Translations under genes and position numbers: made by a program
Shown: positions 18,302 through 27,270 of the stretch, one piece after another
Layout: each line of letters begins with the position of its first letter
Position numbering within the stretch: the stretch's first letter is position 1
The notes under the pieces: generated by a model
What the model was told of the DNA's origin: nothing
What the model saw: the letters and a program-made list of their open reading frames with translations, nothing else
Databases searched by the model: none
Assembly: GCA_964599455.1 (NCBI GenBank)
Contig: CAZREA010000001.1
Location: forward strand, 269,183 to 333,182
Reading direction: 5' to 3'
Length of the DNA stretch: 64,000 nt
Origin: an uncultured Gammaproteobacteria bacterium
Lineage (GTDB): Bacteria > Patescibacteriota > Patescibacteriia > UBA9934

Positions 18302-19387
18302 TTATCCATCGATAATTCCTGAGCCTAAAAGCTCATCACCGTCATAAAAGGCAATGAATTGGCCGGGAGCGATGGCGCGTTGGGGTGTCGAGAAGGAGAC
18401 GGCCCACCGGGCCGTCTGTACGTCGTCAGAGGCTACAGTGATAGAGCAATCAGCCAAAGGCTGGCGATAGCGGATGCGAGCTCGAATCTGCTTTCCTTCT
18501 TTTTTAAAAAGCTTGCCCGGGATCGTTTCGGTGATATTTGTCGCGAGAAGTTCTTTCTTATATAAGGATGGGTCATCCTCACCCACCGCAACCACGATCT
18601 CATTCGTTTCCGACCGACGCCCAACGACAAAATAGGGCGTGCCTCCTCCGATTCCCAAACCTTCACGTTGACCAACGGTATAAAATTCAAAACCACGATG
18701 CGTACCGAGAATCTTTCCCTCTGTCGTTACTACATCTCCTTCATGCTCCTCAATGCGTTCCTTGAGAAAATCACGCATGTTTACCTTGCCAACAAAACAG
18801 ATACCCTGGCTATCCTTTTTTTCCGCAACAGAAAGACCGTGTTTCCGCGCAATATCACGAACTTCACTTTTCAAAAGATCACCGATAGGAAAAAGTGCAC
18901 GAGCGATCTGTGCTTGCGTGAGCTGACAAAGAAAATAACTCTGATCCTTGTTCGGATCTCGCCCGGCAAGAAGATGTGTTACACCATCATCGTCACGCTG
19001 GACTCGAGCATAATGTCCGGTAGCAACAAAGGCACATCCGAGCTCATCGGCCATGCGCATGAACAGATCAAATTTCATGTACTTATTGCACAGCACATCA
19101 GGATTTGGCGTTCGCCCGGCCTTGTATTCGGCGATCATGTATTCGTACACGCGAGCACGATATTCGTCTTCAAAATCGAAAGTGTGAAATGGGATTCCTA
19201 ATTGTGCCGCCACGCGCATGGCGTCACGGCGTTCGGCGCGCCAGCCGCAATCCTCTGATTCATCATTTCCTCCCCAATTTTTCATAAATCCCCCAATCAC
19301 TTCATACCCCTGCTCCAACAACAATACCGCCGACACACTGCTGTCGACACCACCGCTCATTCCGAGTAGAACTCTTGTTTTGGGCAT
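18302..19387 (-). CDS. mnmA: tRNA-specific 2-thiouridylase
   Basis: MPKTRVLLGMSGGVDSSV PP-loop plus MnmA catalytic and C-terminal domains. The longest ORF starts at 19435. Confidence 0.85.
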   Translation of the reverse strand: MPKTRVLLGMSGGVDSSVSAVLLLEQGYEVIGGFMKNWGGNDESEDCGWRAERRDAMRVAAQLGIPFHTFDFEDEYRARVYEYMIAEYKAGRTPNPDVLCNKYMKFDLFMRMADELGCAFVATGHYARVQRDDDGVTHLLAGRDPNKDQSYFLCQLTQAQIARALFPIGDLLKSEVRDIARKHGLSVAEKKDSQGICFVGKVNMRDFLKERIEEHEGDVVTTEGKILGTHRGFEFYTVGQREGLGIGGGTPYFVVGRRSETNEIVVAVGEDDPSLYKKELLATNITETIPGKLFKKEGKQIRARIRYRQPLADCSITVASDDVQTARWAVSFSTPQRAIAPGQFIAFYDGDELLGSGIIDG

Positions 19388-19476
19388 AAAGAATATTGAA
19401 GAAAAAAGACCCCGACGATAGGAGGGGCCTATCAAACCCCTGTATAACGAAGAAATTTTCTAGACCCTTCCTCACG

Positions 19477-20253
19477 TCAGGGTCTCTCCACATTAAAAAT
19501 ACTTAACTCCGACTCTGCGATCACCGTGACTCTTTCCTTTGTGATCGGATGGTCAAAACTGAGCGATCGGGCAAAAAGCGCTAAGGCCTTTCCACTTTCC
19601 AAAGATTCTTTTGATCCATACTTGACATCACCAGCAATCGGCATACCGAGTGAGCTCATCGCCACACGAATCTGATGCGGCCGACCGGTTTTGGGTTTGA
19701 TTTCGACCAGAGCATGATCGTGATCCTGTTTCAAAATCTTGTACGCGAGCTCGGCACGCAATGATCCGGGAACTTCGTGATCAAATGCCTCGACAAAATT
19801 CTTTTGCTCGTCTTTGCGTAACCATTGAATCACGGTTCCGGATGATGCATTCGCAAGGCGATTTGCGGAGACGGGTCGGCTTGCCCTGAGCGACGGCGAA
19901 GGGCGCCCCGTCTCTACGGCGCCATTTCGCGCATCTGTCCTATCCGTTTTCGATCTGTCATTATCTGTTCCCACCACCGCCCAATACGTTTTCTCAATCG
20001 TATGATTCCGAAATTGCTCCGACAACCGCGATGCGCCCTTGCTCGTTTTCGCAAACAACACCACACCACCAACCGGACGATCGAGACGATGCAATAATCC
20101 GAGAAATACATTTCCCGGTTTTTGATCACGATCTTTGATGAATATTTTTACTTCATCAAGAAGATTGGGATCGTTTGTATCATCGCCTTGCGTAAGCATG
20201 CCATGCGATTTTTGCACGGCGATGAGATGATTATCTTCGTAGAGAACGTTCAT
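19477..20253 (-). CDS. RluA-family pseudouridine synthase (with a low-complexity internal insertion)
   Basis: HRLDRPVGGVVLFAKT catalytic motif. GC-rich R/S/A-rich insert (...RSKTDRTDARNGAVETGRPSPSLRASRPVSANRLANASSG...). Confidence 0.75.
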   Translation of the reverse strand: MNVLYEDNHLIAVQKSHGMLTQGDDTNDPNLLDEVKIFIKDRDQKPGNVFLGLLHRLDRPVGGVVLFAKTSKGASRLSEQFRNHTIEKTYWAVVGTDNDRSKTDRTDARNGAVETGRPSPSLRASRPVSANRLANASSGTVIQWLRKDEQKNFVEAFDHEVPGSLRAELAYKILKQDHDHALVEIKPKTGRPHQIRVAMSSLGMPIAGDVKYGSKESLESGKALALFARSLSFDHPITKERVTVIAESELSIFNVERP

Positions 20254-20261
20254 AAATCTGA

Positions 20262-21005
20262 TTATGTTACCCGTTCTTCAAGACGTGCATACAACGCCTT
20301 ATGAATCGAACGTTGAAAATCAGCAAGACGAGGATTCTGGATAACAATCGCCTTTTCGGCAACGTAATCAATAAATGCAACTTTGTCGCGAAAGATCAAT
20401 TCAGCAACACCATATGCAAAACGATCTTCTTTAACCGGCAAGGTTTTCCACAAACACCCCATGCCTTTTTTGTACGGCTTCCCCTTCATCTCCGCACTCG
20501 TGATCGCACATTGCTGCACACCTTTCTTGTCACGCATCGGTCGATACGTTTCTGGCACAAACTGCTCGATGTCGATTGAGGCATCACAGGCAATATAACG
20601 ATAAAAGATTTCATCACGCCCCAATGTTTCTACAAGTTCAGTAAAAAGATTTTTGATTGCCTGCTTCCCTTCTAATTGACGCAAAGCAAAGGCATCTTTC
20701 TTTTGAGAAAACTTTTCTTCCAGTTCACGAATGACGCTTGTCCCTTCTTGCACGATGTTATCAAGTTCTCGACGAAAAACCGCTGGTGACGCCGCAATAT
20801 AAAACATTCGCTTCCCTTGCTGCTGCATCTCAACCGCATGACGCGCAGCAAGATCGTCGAGCGCACGGGCAACGGTAGGACGATGCAAATTGATACGGTT
20901 TGCGAGCGTTGCCAATGTCGTCGGTCCATCAATAAACAGGCTTTGATAGATAGTGGCCTCCTGTAAAGTGAAACCAAAACAGGCAAAAGGATTCTTTTTT
21001 GTCAT
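20262..21005 (-). CDS. HTH transcriptional regulator, TrmB-like
   Basis: N-terminal winged-helix FGFTLQEATIYQSLFIDGPTTLATLANRINLHRPTVARALDDLAARHAV resembles the TrmB N-terminal domain. Confidence 0.5.
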   Translation of the reverse strand: MTKKNPFACFGFTLQEATIYQSLFIDGPTTLATLANRINLHRPTVARALDDLAARHAVEMQQQGKRMFYIAASPAVFRRELDNIVQEGTSVIRELEEKFSQKKDAFALRQLEGKQAIKNLFTELVETLGRDEIFYRYIACDASIDIEQFVPETYRPMRDKKGVQQCAITSAEMKGKPYKKGMGCLWKTLPVKEDRFAYGVAELIFRDKVAFIDYVAEKAIVIQNPRLADFQRSIHKALYARLEERVT

Positions 21006-21218
21006 ACGAAATTTGGCCTAGACTAGCATACTTTCTACCGAAGTGCAATATCATCGTACATTTTATCTTGCTTAAAAACACAACAATCGCTTTTCTTTTT
21101 ATTGTGTGTCTGCACACAAGGAGCTCACATGTGTACTGCTACTTCGTTCGATTGTCAGATTAGCCCCATCCTCTTGCTCGGAGAGAACAAGGCTCCGCCA
21201 CTGCCGCCCATCGAGGTG

Positions 21219-21638
21219 ATGGCAAATCAGGTGGAGCCGCGCATCGCCGCCGTGGCCCTCATCCGCGTGAGCGGTCGCGTCGTTCTCGTGCGGCGCACGG
21301 TCTGGCCGCAGATCGGTACCCTCGTCCTGCCGGGGGGATTCAAGGAACTCGGTGAATCCGAACCCGAAGCCGCGGCACGGGAGCTGTTCGAAGAGGCGGG
21401 CATGTTCTTTGACCCGAAGAACCTCACGTACTTGTGGGAATTCCGGGTCAAGGAAGCACCCATCATCGTGAAGTTCTACATCGGCAACTGGGACTTCGAA
21501 CGCGACGGCGAAATCCCTACATTCGTGCCGACCGACGAATCAAGCGAACGGGCGATCGTTTCCCTCAGCGAACTGCCGGCTCTTGGGTTCAGCAGTCACG
21601 CCGAGGCAATCATGCGAGCGTTCGATTGCAAAGGGTAA
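21219..21638 (+). CDS. NUDIX hydrolase (canonical Nudix box)
   Basis: LPGGFKELGESEPEAAARELFEEAGM matches GX5EX7REUXEEXGU. GAGGTG precedes the ATG at 21219; the longest ORF starts at 21102. About 65% GC. Confidence 0.65.
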   Translation: MANQVEPRIAAVALIRVSGRVVLVRRTVWPQIGTLVLPGGFKELGESEPEAAARELFEEAGMFFDPKNLTYLWEFRVKEAPIIVKFYIGNWDFERDGEIPTFVPTDESSERAIVSLSELPALGFSSHAEAIMRAFDCKG

Positions 21639-21790
21639 TGACTCAAAAATCGTGCTCGTCGACCCGCGCGTCGGCGAGCTTTCTTTTTATGTGTACATAC
21701 CTATTACACTTTTCTCCCATTTTTCTGTACATTTTTCCTTTTTCCTCTAGGATAGTTGTGGGTTCAACCACCATACCTCAGGAGAATCTC

Positions 21791-22420
21791 ATGAGGAGAA
21801 GAAAACTCCGCCTGTCTCTTTCATTTCTGCTTCGTGCCGCTGATCCCGAGAACGATCTGGACTCTCCGACGCACTCCACCGGTCGACGAGCCTCACCTGT
21901 CATCCTTGGACCCCGGGGAGAAGACCTCTCGATCGCCAGCTTCCCTCCTCCCACTTTCCACAAATCCTTCGAAACCGGAGGTTTTCTGTGCGCCGTCTTT
22001 CTTATTTGGCGAGGAAAGGTTCTGCTGTTCCAGCTTGATGAGCGTTGGGGAAAGGCAGCAGGTACCTGGTGCCCGCCTTCACTGCTTGTTGCTAGCAACA
22101 AGCAGCGCTACACCACCGGCGAGTCTACCTTTGTGGAAGAGGGGCGAGCCATTGCGCGACGTACGCTCAAGGAAGATACAGGCCTGGAACTGCCGGGCTA
22201 TCGTTTCAGGTCCGTAGCATGGATCCTGGGAACGTCTGCTGTCGAAGATACATATCATGGATTTATGGTGAGGTGGAATGAAGATCACGATGGCCCTCTC
22301 CCGACGATCTCCCTTCCCGTGGGAGCAGTGGGCTACGATTTCTTCGACCCTGCTCAGCCGCCGAATATGGAAGATACGTACGAATACACACTTCCGTTCG
22401 TCATCGAGGAAATCTCGTGA
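21791..22420 (+). CDS. Nudix-fold paralog with degenerate Nudix box
   Basis: AGGAG RBS then ATG 21791. ...TGESTFVEEGRAIARRTLKEDTGLEL keeps the G-x5-E-x7-R spacing, but REUXEE has become RRTLKED. The ORF-track ORF 21434..22420 overlaps the previous gene in another frame, so it is trimmed. Confidence 0.45.
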   Translation: MRRRKLRLSLSFLLRAADPENDLDSPTHSTGRRASPVILGPRGEDLSIASFPPPTFHKSFETGGFLCAVFLIWRGKVLLFQLDERWGKAAGTWCPPSLLVASNKQRYTTGESTFVEEGRAIARRTLKEDTGLELPGYRFRSVAWILGTSAVEDTYHGFMVRWNEDHDGPLPTISLPVGAVGYDFFDPAQPPNMEDTYEYTLPFVIEEIS

Positions 22421-22430
22421 ATAAAACGTG

Positions 22431-22467
22431 GCCCGCTGGCACTTGTCGGCGGGCCTCTGTCTTTGTA
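22431..22467 (+). terminator. Rho-independent terminator (repeat copy 1)
   Basis: gcccgctggcacttgtcggcgggc perfect hairpin followed by ctctgtctttgt. Confidence 0.6.
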
Positions 22468-22574
22468 ATAAATCAATGTGTACTCTATCCTTACACTTTT
22501 TTACTCCTTTTTCAGCGTCTTTTTCTCTTTACCTTTAGTGTACTCATCGGCACAGCGGACAACTTCTCCTCCGC

Positions 22575-23042
22575 ATGTCACCAAAGTTTCTCATGAAAAT
22601 CCGTATCGCGGTCATCGCCTTCATCGGCGTCAATGGACATCTGCATAAATCCGTTCACACTCAGTACGTGATTGCCAAAACCAAAGAGCATCACTGGTGT
22701 CTTCCCGAAGCAGATCTCCTTGAAAAAGAAAGATTCGACGATGCAGCAGCGCGCATCCTGCTCGATGAAACGCAAACATGGCTGCCAAACTACAAGTTCG
22801 ACTACTTCGCTCATGAAGTGGAACCAGATGGCATCATCACAATCTTCATGACTACAGTCGGATGGGACTCAGCCCTTCCTCCATCACCGAGAAAGGAGTG
22901 GCCAGCCTTTATTCGCGAGGTCCACGATATTCATAGACAGAGAGGAGACATAGGTCTCGTCAATAAAGGTCTTGTCCACGTAGAGAAGTACCGCGACGCC
23001 GTGATACAAGCCTATCTGAAGTACTTCGTAAAAACTAAGTGA
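22575..23042 (+). CDS. Nudix-fold paralog (degenerate)
   Basis: ...HHWCLPEADLLEKERFDDAAARILLDETQTWL... parallels the Nudix-box region of the upstream paralog (GTWCPPSLL...). Confidence 0.4.
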   Translation: MSPKFLMKIRIAVIAFIGVNGHLHKSVHTQYVIAKTKEHHWCLPEADLLEKERFDDAAARILLDETQTWLPNYKFDYFAHEVEPDGIITIFMTTVGWDSALPPSPRKEWPAFIREVHDIHRQRGDIGLVNKGLVHVEKYRDAVIQAYLKYFVKTK

Positions 23043-23059
23043 CACGTGTCACCCTCATA

Positions 23060-23095
23060 GCCCGCTGGCACTTGTCGGCGGGCTTCATCTTTTCC
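23060..23095 (+). terminator. Rho-independent terminator (repeat copy 2, identical hairpin)
   Basis: gcccgctggcacttgtcggcgggc followed by ttcatcttttcc. Confidence 0.6.
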
Positions 23096-23175
23096 TGGAA
23101 GAATAAAAGTGAAATAAAATATTACATTTTAAAAAGCTTTTTCCACATCATTTCCCTTTTTCTCTTACTGTATGT

Positions 23176-23655
23176 TTGCGAGACATGAACATCATCTTCC
23201 TCATGCCTCGGGAGTTCACCATGAACGTTCATATCATCGTCATCGCCTTCTTCGCAAAAGAAGAAAAAATGGGTACACAAATAATTACTCGGGAAAGAGT
23301 GATCACAAAAAACGGTGAGGAAAAAGGATTACCCAGAGGAAGCATCCAGAACACCGAAACGCTGGAAGAGGCTGCCTCTCGCATTCTTCACGAGTTGAGT
23401 TGCGTACGAATTCCATCTCCTTGCTTTACGTATGCAGCAAATCACAGAAGTAAGGAGGGCATCGAGATCTACATGGTAACGCACGGTTGGCAGGCATCTG
23501 ACGCCACCGATCTTTCCGCGAACTGCACACTCACCATTCCCGCTCTCGTTCATACAAGCGAGCGAGGGATCGTAGAGCGTACCTTCGAACAACATCACGG
23601 TGACGCCACCACGCTCAATATGATCGCACGTGCCTATCAACGGCATCAGTCATAG
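23176..23655 (+). CDS. Nudix-fold paralog (degenerate)
   Basis: ...GLPRGSIQNTETLEEAASRILHELSCV... Alternative start MNVHIIVIAFF at 23221. Confidence 0.4.
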   Translation: MRDMNIIFLMPREFTMNVHIIVIAFFAKEEKMGTQIITRERVITKNGEEKGLPRGSIQNTETLEEAASRILHELSCVRIPSPCFTYAANHRSKEGIEIYMVTHGWQASDATDLSANCTLTIPALVHTSERGIVERTFEQHHGDATTLNMIARAYQRHQS

Positions 23656-23688
23656 GAGATCAACTTGTTCCGTTAATCATTGCGTGGT

Positions 23689-23724
23689 CCGCCGATACGT
23701 TTGTCGGCGGGCTTATCTTTTTAA
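23689..23724. terminator. Terminator hairpin (diverged copy 3), overlapping the bgl stop codon
   Basis: ccgccgatacgtttgtcggcgg followed by gcttatcttttta. Confidence 0.5.
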
Positions 23725-24960
23725 TTGATATCTCTCAAGTACATCTTCATCAAATCCATTGTGCAAACAAATATCGCGATACACAAAACTTGACGGACGC
23801 GGTGTACGCTTCATGTCTTTATCAACTGCAATCAATCCAAACTTCGGCCAAAAGCCTTTGTCCCATTCAAAATTATCCAACAACGACCAATGCAAATATC
23901 CACGCACATCAACACCCTCTTGAATAGCGCAATGCACATACTTCAAAGACTCAAGGATAAACCAAGAACGCTTTTCATCAGTCGCATCAGCAAGTCCGTT
24001 TTCCGTGATGATGATTGGTTGTTGATATTTTTTGAGATTCTTTAATGCGTGATAGATGGCTTCCGGATAAAGCTCCCAGCCAAGATCCGATACGATGGCA
24101 TTTTCATTGCGTACTTTTCCGTAAATAAACCGTTCGTGAAAATAATGATTGAGTCCGATAAAATCTTGTTTATCAGCAATACGATTCAAAAACAAACGGT
24201 TGTGCCACCAGTCATATGTTGATGCCAATACACGATTGAGCATGGTTGCAGGTTGCGGATCAACAAAACTATTATTCTTGGCAATGCCGACTTGAGCATC
24301 TGGCTTGATGTGGTGAATGACATCATAAGCGCGACAATGAGCGACGATGAGATTTTTCATCACGACAAGATAGCGAGAAATACTTTTTTGTTGCGGTGGC
24401 CAAACACCGAGTTGATAGGCGTGCTTTGCATACAAGTCCGGTTCATTCAGCGTGATCCAAAAGCGCACTTCAGATCCTAAAACAGACATCACGCGTTCGA
24501 CATAACGTACAAAATACTCAACCGTCTTTTTCTTTTCCCATCCTCCCCTATCACGAATCCATAACGGCAAGGTCCAGTGCCAAAGTGTTACAAAGGGCTC
24601 AATCCCAAGACGACGACATTCTTGAATCACTTTGCGATAATACTGCAATGCTTCTTCATCAAACTTCCCTTCTTCTGGTTCAATCCGCGACCATTCAATT
24701 GAGAATCGCGTCGCCGTATGCCCGAGTTTTTTGGCTAATTGTAAATCTTCTTTGAAAAATTTTTGATGCTCAACTCCTTTACCAGAGATAAAATTTTCTA
24801 AGCCATATTTTTCTAATTCCCCTGTTGTACGTAAATATTCTGCTCGTTCCGAGGAAGATTCCCAATCGGTCCAATCGTTGCTCAAGCCACCCTCGACTTG
24901 ATGACTCGAGGTTGAAGCCCCCCAGAAGAATCCTTGGAGAAATTGAAAGACTTGAGGCAT
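23713..24960 (-). CDS. Glycoside hydrolase family 1 beta-glucosidase
   Basis: FFWGASTSSHQVEGG N-terminal GH1 signature. ITLNEP (acid/base) and IIITENG (nucleophile) motifs. Confidence 0.85.
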   Translation of the reverse strand: MPQVFQFLQGFFWGASTSSHQVEGGLSNDWTDWESSSERAEYLRTTGELEKYGLENFISGKGVEHQKFFKEDLQLAKKLGHTATRFSIEWSRIEPEEGKFDEEALQYYRKVIQECRRLGIEPFVTLWHWTLPLWIRDRGGWEKKKTVEYFVRYVERVMSVLGSEVRFWITLNEPDLYAKHAYQLGVWPPQQKSISRYLVVMKNLIVAHCRAYDVIHHIKPDAQVGIAKNNSFVDPQPATMLNRVLASTYDWWHNRLFLNRIADKQDFIGLNHYFHERFIYGKVRNENAIVSDLGWELYPEAIYHALKNLKKYQQPIIITENGLADATDEKRSWFILESLKYVHCAIQEGVDVRGYLHWSLLDNFEWDKGFWPKFGLIAVDKDMKRTPRPSSFVYRDICLHNGFDEDVLERYQLKR

Positions 24961-25021
24961 ATTTTTGCAAATACTAGACAATTTTGTTAAAGTCTTTGCG
25001 CATCTTTATCAGGAGGATCTG

Positions 25022-25546
25022 ATGCAACACATCCCCGTTCATCGAACACCGCGTTTTTGCCCCCTCTGCGGCAAGACGCCAACCGAACTACCAGCACCCA
25101 ATCACGATACGTTCGAGTGCCCCGAGGGGCACAGGCTGATCATACAGGCGAGGTTGGAGGCGGCTGCAGCGCTGTGGCTTGCAGGACCTCGCTCGCCCAG
25201 GCTGATCATCATCCGCAAAGCGGATGGCAAGCTCTATCTGCCGCGCGGTCGCGTGCGCGTTTGGGAGACCACGCAGAGAGCGGCAGAGCTCGCGCTCACG
25301 CAGCAGGGCCAGGTCAATCCGGGGATCTTCCTCAATGACCACTTCTACGAGAAGGCAAACACCGCGGGAGTCCTGACCACATACTTCGGTGGAACGGTAA
25401 TCGCGCACCCCCAACCCTTCCAGGTCAGCGCCGAGATTCCCGAGCGACTGATACTGCCGCGCGAGGAAGTGTGGATGCGAGGGATCCTTGCTCTGTCTGA
25501 AGATCAGGAAGCGGTAGACGTGTGGTGCAGCGTGGAGCGCAGCTAG
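25022..25546 (+). CDS. Zinc-ribbon protein with possible degenerate Nudix fold (GC-rich)
   Basis: AGGAGG RBS then ATG 25022; the longest ORF starts at 24965. CPLCGK...FECPEGH ribbon. ...LPRGRVRVWETTQRAAELALTQQG has G-x5-E-x7 spacing but no REUXEE. Confidence 0.35.
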   Translation: MQHIPVHRTPRFCPLCGKTPTELPAPNHDTFECPEGHRLIIQARLEAAAALWLAGPRSPRLIIIRKADGKLYLPRGRVRVWETTQRAAELALTQQGQVNPGIFLNDHFYEKANTAGVLTTYFGGTVIAHPQPFQVSAEIPERLILPREEVWMRGILALSEDQEAVDVWCSVERS

Positions 25547-25565
25547 GACAACTTCTAATCCCGCA

Positions 25566-25605
25566 GACGCCGCCTTTCGTACAAGGCGGCGTCCATGTTT
25601 TTATT
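25566..25605 (+). terminator. Rho-independent terminator between convergent genes
   Basis: gacgccgcctttcgtacaaggcggcgtc followed by catgtttttatt. Confidence 0.6.
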
Positions 25606-26461
25606 ACCATCGCGCTCGTACAACCACTCCCGTCGGCAACAAAAGTTTTCGCTTGTTGTGTTCTTGGAGCGTCAACTCAGCACTCGTAATAATGGTCGAC
25701 CAGGACAATGCGCTCTGCACCATATTCTCAATTGCAAGCGCGGGATAACCAAGCGAATAGGCGTTCACGAGCAACAAACCTGATTCTTCTTTTAAAAGCT
25801 TCGCACAATCATCCAAAAGTATCGGCAAATGTTCTTCAAATTTCCACAATTCCCCTTCTGGTCCACGACCAAAGGCAGGTGGATCCATCAAGATCGCATC
25901 GTAGGTATTTCCGCGTCGCAGTTCGCGAGCAATAAATTTTTGTACGTCATCCACAATCCAACGTACTCTCTTATCTGCAAGTCCCGAAAGTTCAAGATTC
26001 TCTCTTCCCCACGTTACCACCGGCTTACTCGCGTCCACATGCGTCACTTCGCATCCCACAGACGCTGCAGCTACAGAAGCTCCGCCCGTATAGCCAAAAA
26101 GATTGAGCACCGACATGCCTGCACGGAGTTCTTTTTTCAGATAGGCCCAATTGCTTGCTTGTTCCGGAAAAAGACCCGTGTGTTTAAACGATGTAGGGCG
26201 AATATGAAACGATAAATCCTCCCACGCAATCGTCCAAGCATCTGGGGTTGTTTTATGCGCCGTCCATTCTCCATCTCGACCTTCGCGAGTGTACACCAGA
26301 TGCGCATCAGTCCAACAATCGGCATGGGGATTTTCCTTCTTCCAAATTGCCTGCGGATCGGGTCGTATCATGACGATATCGCCAAAACACTCCGCCTTTT
26401 CTCCATCACCCGAATCTAAAAGCTGATAGGATTTCCACTGTGCGATTTCACGTTCGAGCAT
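25604..26461 (-). CDS. Class I SAM-dependent RNA methyltransferase (RlmI/RlmK-like, DPPAF motif)
   Basis: LNLFGYTGGASVAAASVGCEVTHVD (SAM motif I) and AILMDPPAFGRG (motif IV). Start MLEREIAQW at 26461; the longest ORF runs to 26536. Confidence 0.55.
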   Translation of the reverse strand: MLEREIAQWKSYQLLDSGDGEKAECFGDIVMIRPDPQAIWKKENPHADCWTDAHLVYTREGRDGEWTAHKTTPDAWTIAWEDLSFHIRPTSFKHTGLFPEQASNWAYLKKELRAGMSVLNLFGYTGGASVAAASVGCEVTHVDASKPVVTWGRENLELSGLADKRVRWIVDDVQKFIARELRRGNTYDAILMDPPAFGRGPEGELWKFEEHLPILLDDCAKLLKEESGLLLVNAYSLGYPALAIENMVQSALSWSTIITSAELTLQEHNKRKLLLPTGVVVRARW

Positions 26462-26472
26462 ACCAAAAGATC

Positions 26473-27270
26473 TTACCCGTAGATCGTAACCCAAAGCAAG
26501 AACACACCAAGCGCAATGCGATACAGGGCAAACCAACGGAAACCACCTTTTTCAATGACCGACAACAAAAATCTGATCGCAAAAACACCCGACAAAAAAG
26601 CAGTGACACAGCCAACAAGCAAAGCACCCACCGAAACATCAAGTCCCGTTTGTGCAACATCAACCGCAGTCAGCAATCCTGCTCCGGCAATCGCCGGAAT
26701 GGCAAGGAGAAAAGAAAACGTCGCTGCCGTTTTTCGATCAAGTCCCGCCAACAGTCCAACGCTCATGGTTATGCCCGAACGTGAAACGCCAGGAATAAGG
26801 GCGACTGCTTGCGCAACACCAATCCCAATTGCTAACGGCCACGACGTTTTATCATCACGCATCACCGATCGCGGATAGTGCGCAGCTACATAATCCGCAA
26901 TCCACAACACCATTCCCCACACAATCAACATCGTCGCCACAACCGATAATGTCCGCTGCGCTTCAAGCCAATCGCCGGCAAGAACACCAAAGACGGCCGC
27001 AGGAATGGTAGCAAGGATGATTTTGAGCAAAAACCGCTGCGCTCCTTTGTCACCTTTTTTAATCTCGTACCACCACGCACTGATGCGCGGCCAAAGAGCA
27101 ACGAATATTGCTCCGAGCGTTGCCAAATGCACCGCTACATCAAACGTTAAACTATGAATATCCCATCCTAACAAGTCAGGAAATAAAATAAGATGACCAG
27201 AACTGGAGATAGGTAAAAATTCCGTGAGACCTTGTACTATTCCAAGAATCGCGGCTTGGAAGAGCGTCAT
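26473..27270 (-). CDS. uppP: Undecaprenyl-diphosphatase
   Basis: MTLFQAAILGIVQGLTEFLPISSSGHLIL and 8 TM helices, as in the BacA/UppP family. Confidence 0.9.
   Translation of the reverse strand: MTLFQAAILGIVQGLTEFLPISSSGHLILFPDLLGWDIHSLTFDVAVHLATLGAIFVALWPRISAWWYEIKKGDKGAQRFLLKIILATIPAAVFGVLAGDWLEAQRTLSVVATMLIVWGMVLWIADYVAAHYPRSVMRDDKTSWPLAIGIGVAQAVALIPGVSRSGITMSVGLLAGLDRKTAATFSFLLAIPAIAGAGLLTAVDVAQTGLDVSVGALLVGCVTAFLSGVFAIRFLLSVIEKGGFRWFALYRIALGVFLLWVTIYG

Noticed and set aside
21434-22420. 328-aa ORF-track ORF starting inside the canonical NUDIX gene
   Set aside because: Its first ~120 codons overlap the NUDIX gene in another frame and are Arg-rich. A clean AGGAG-ATG start exists at 21791, so the gene was trimmed.
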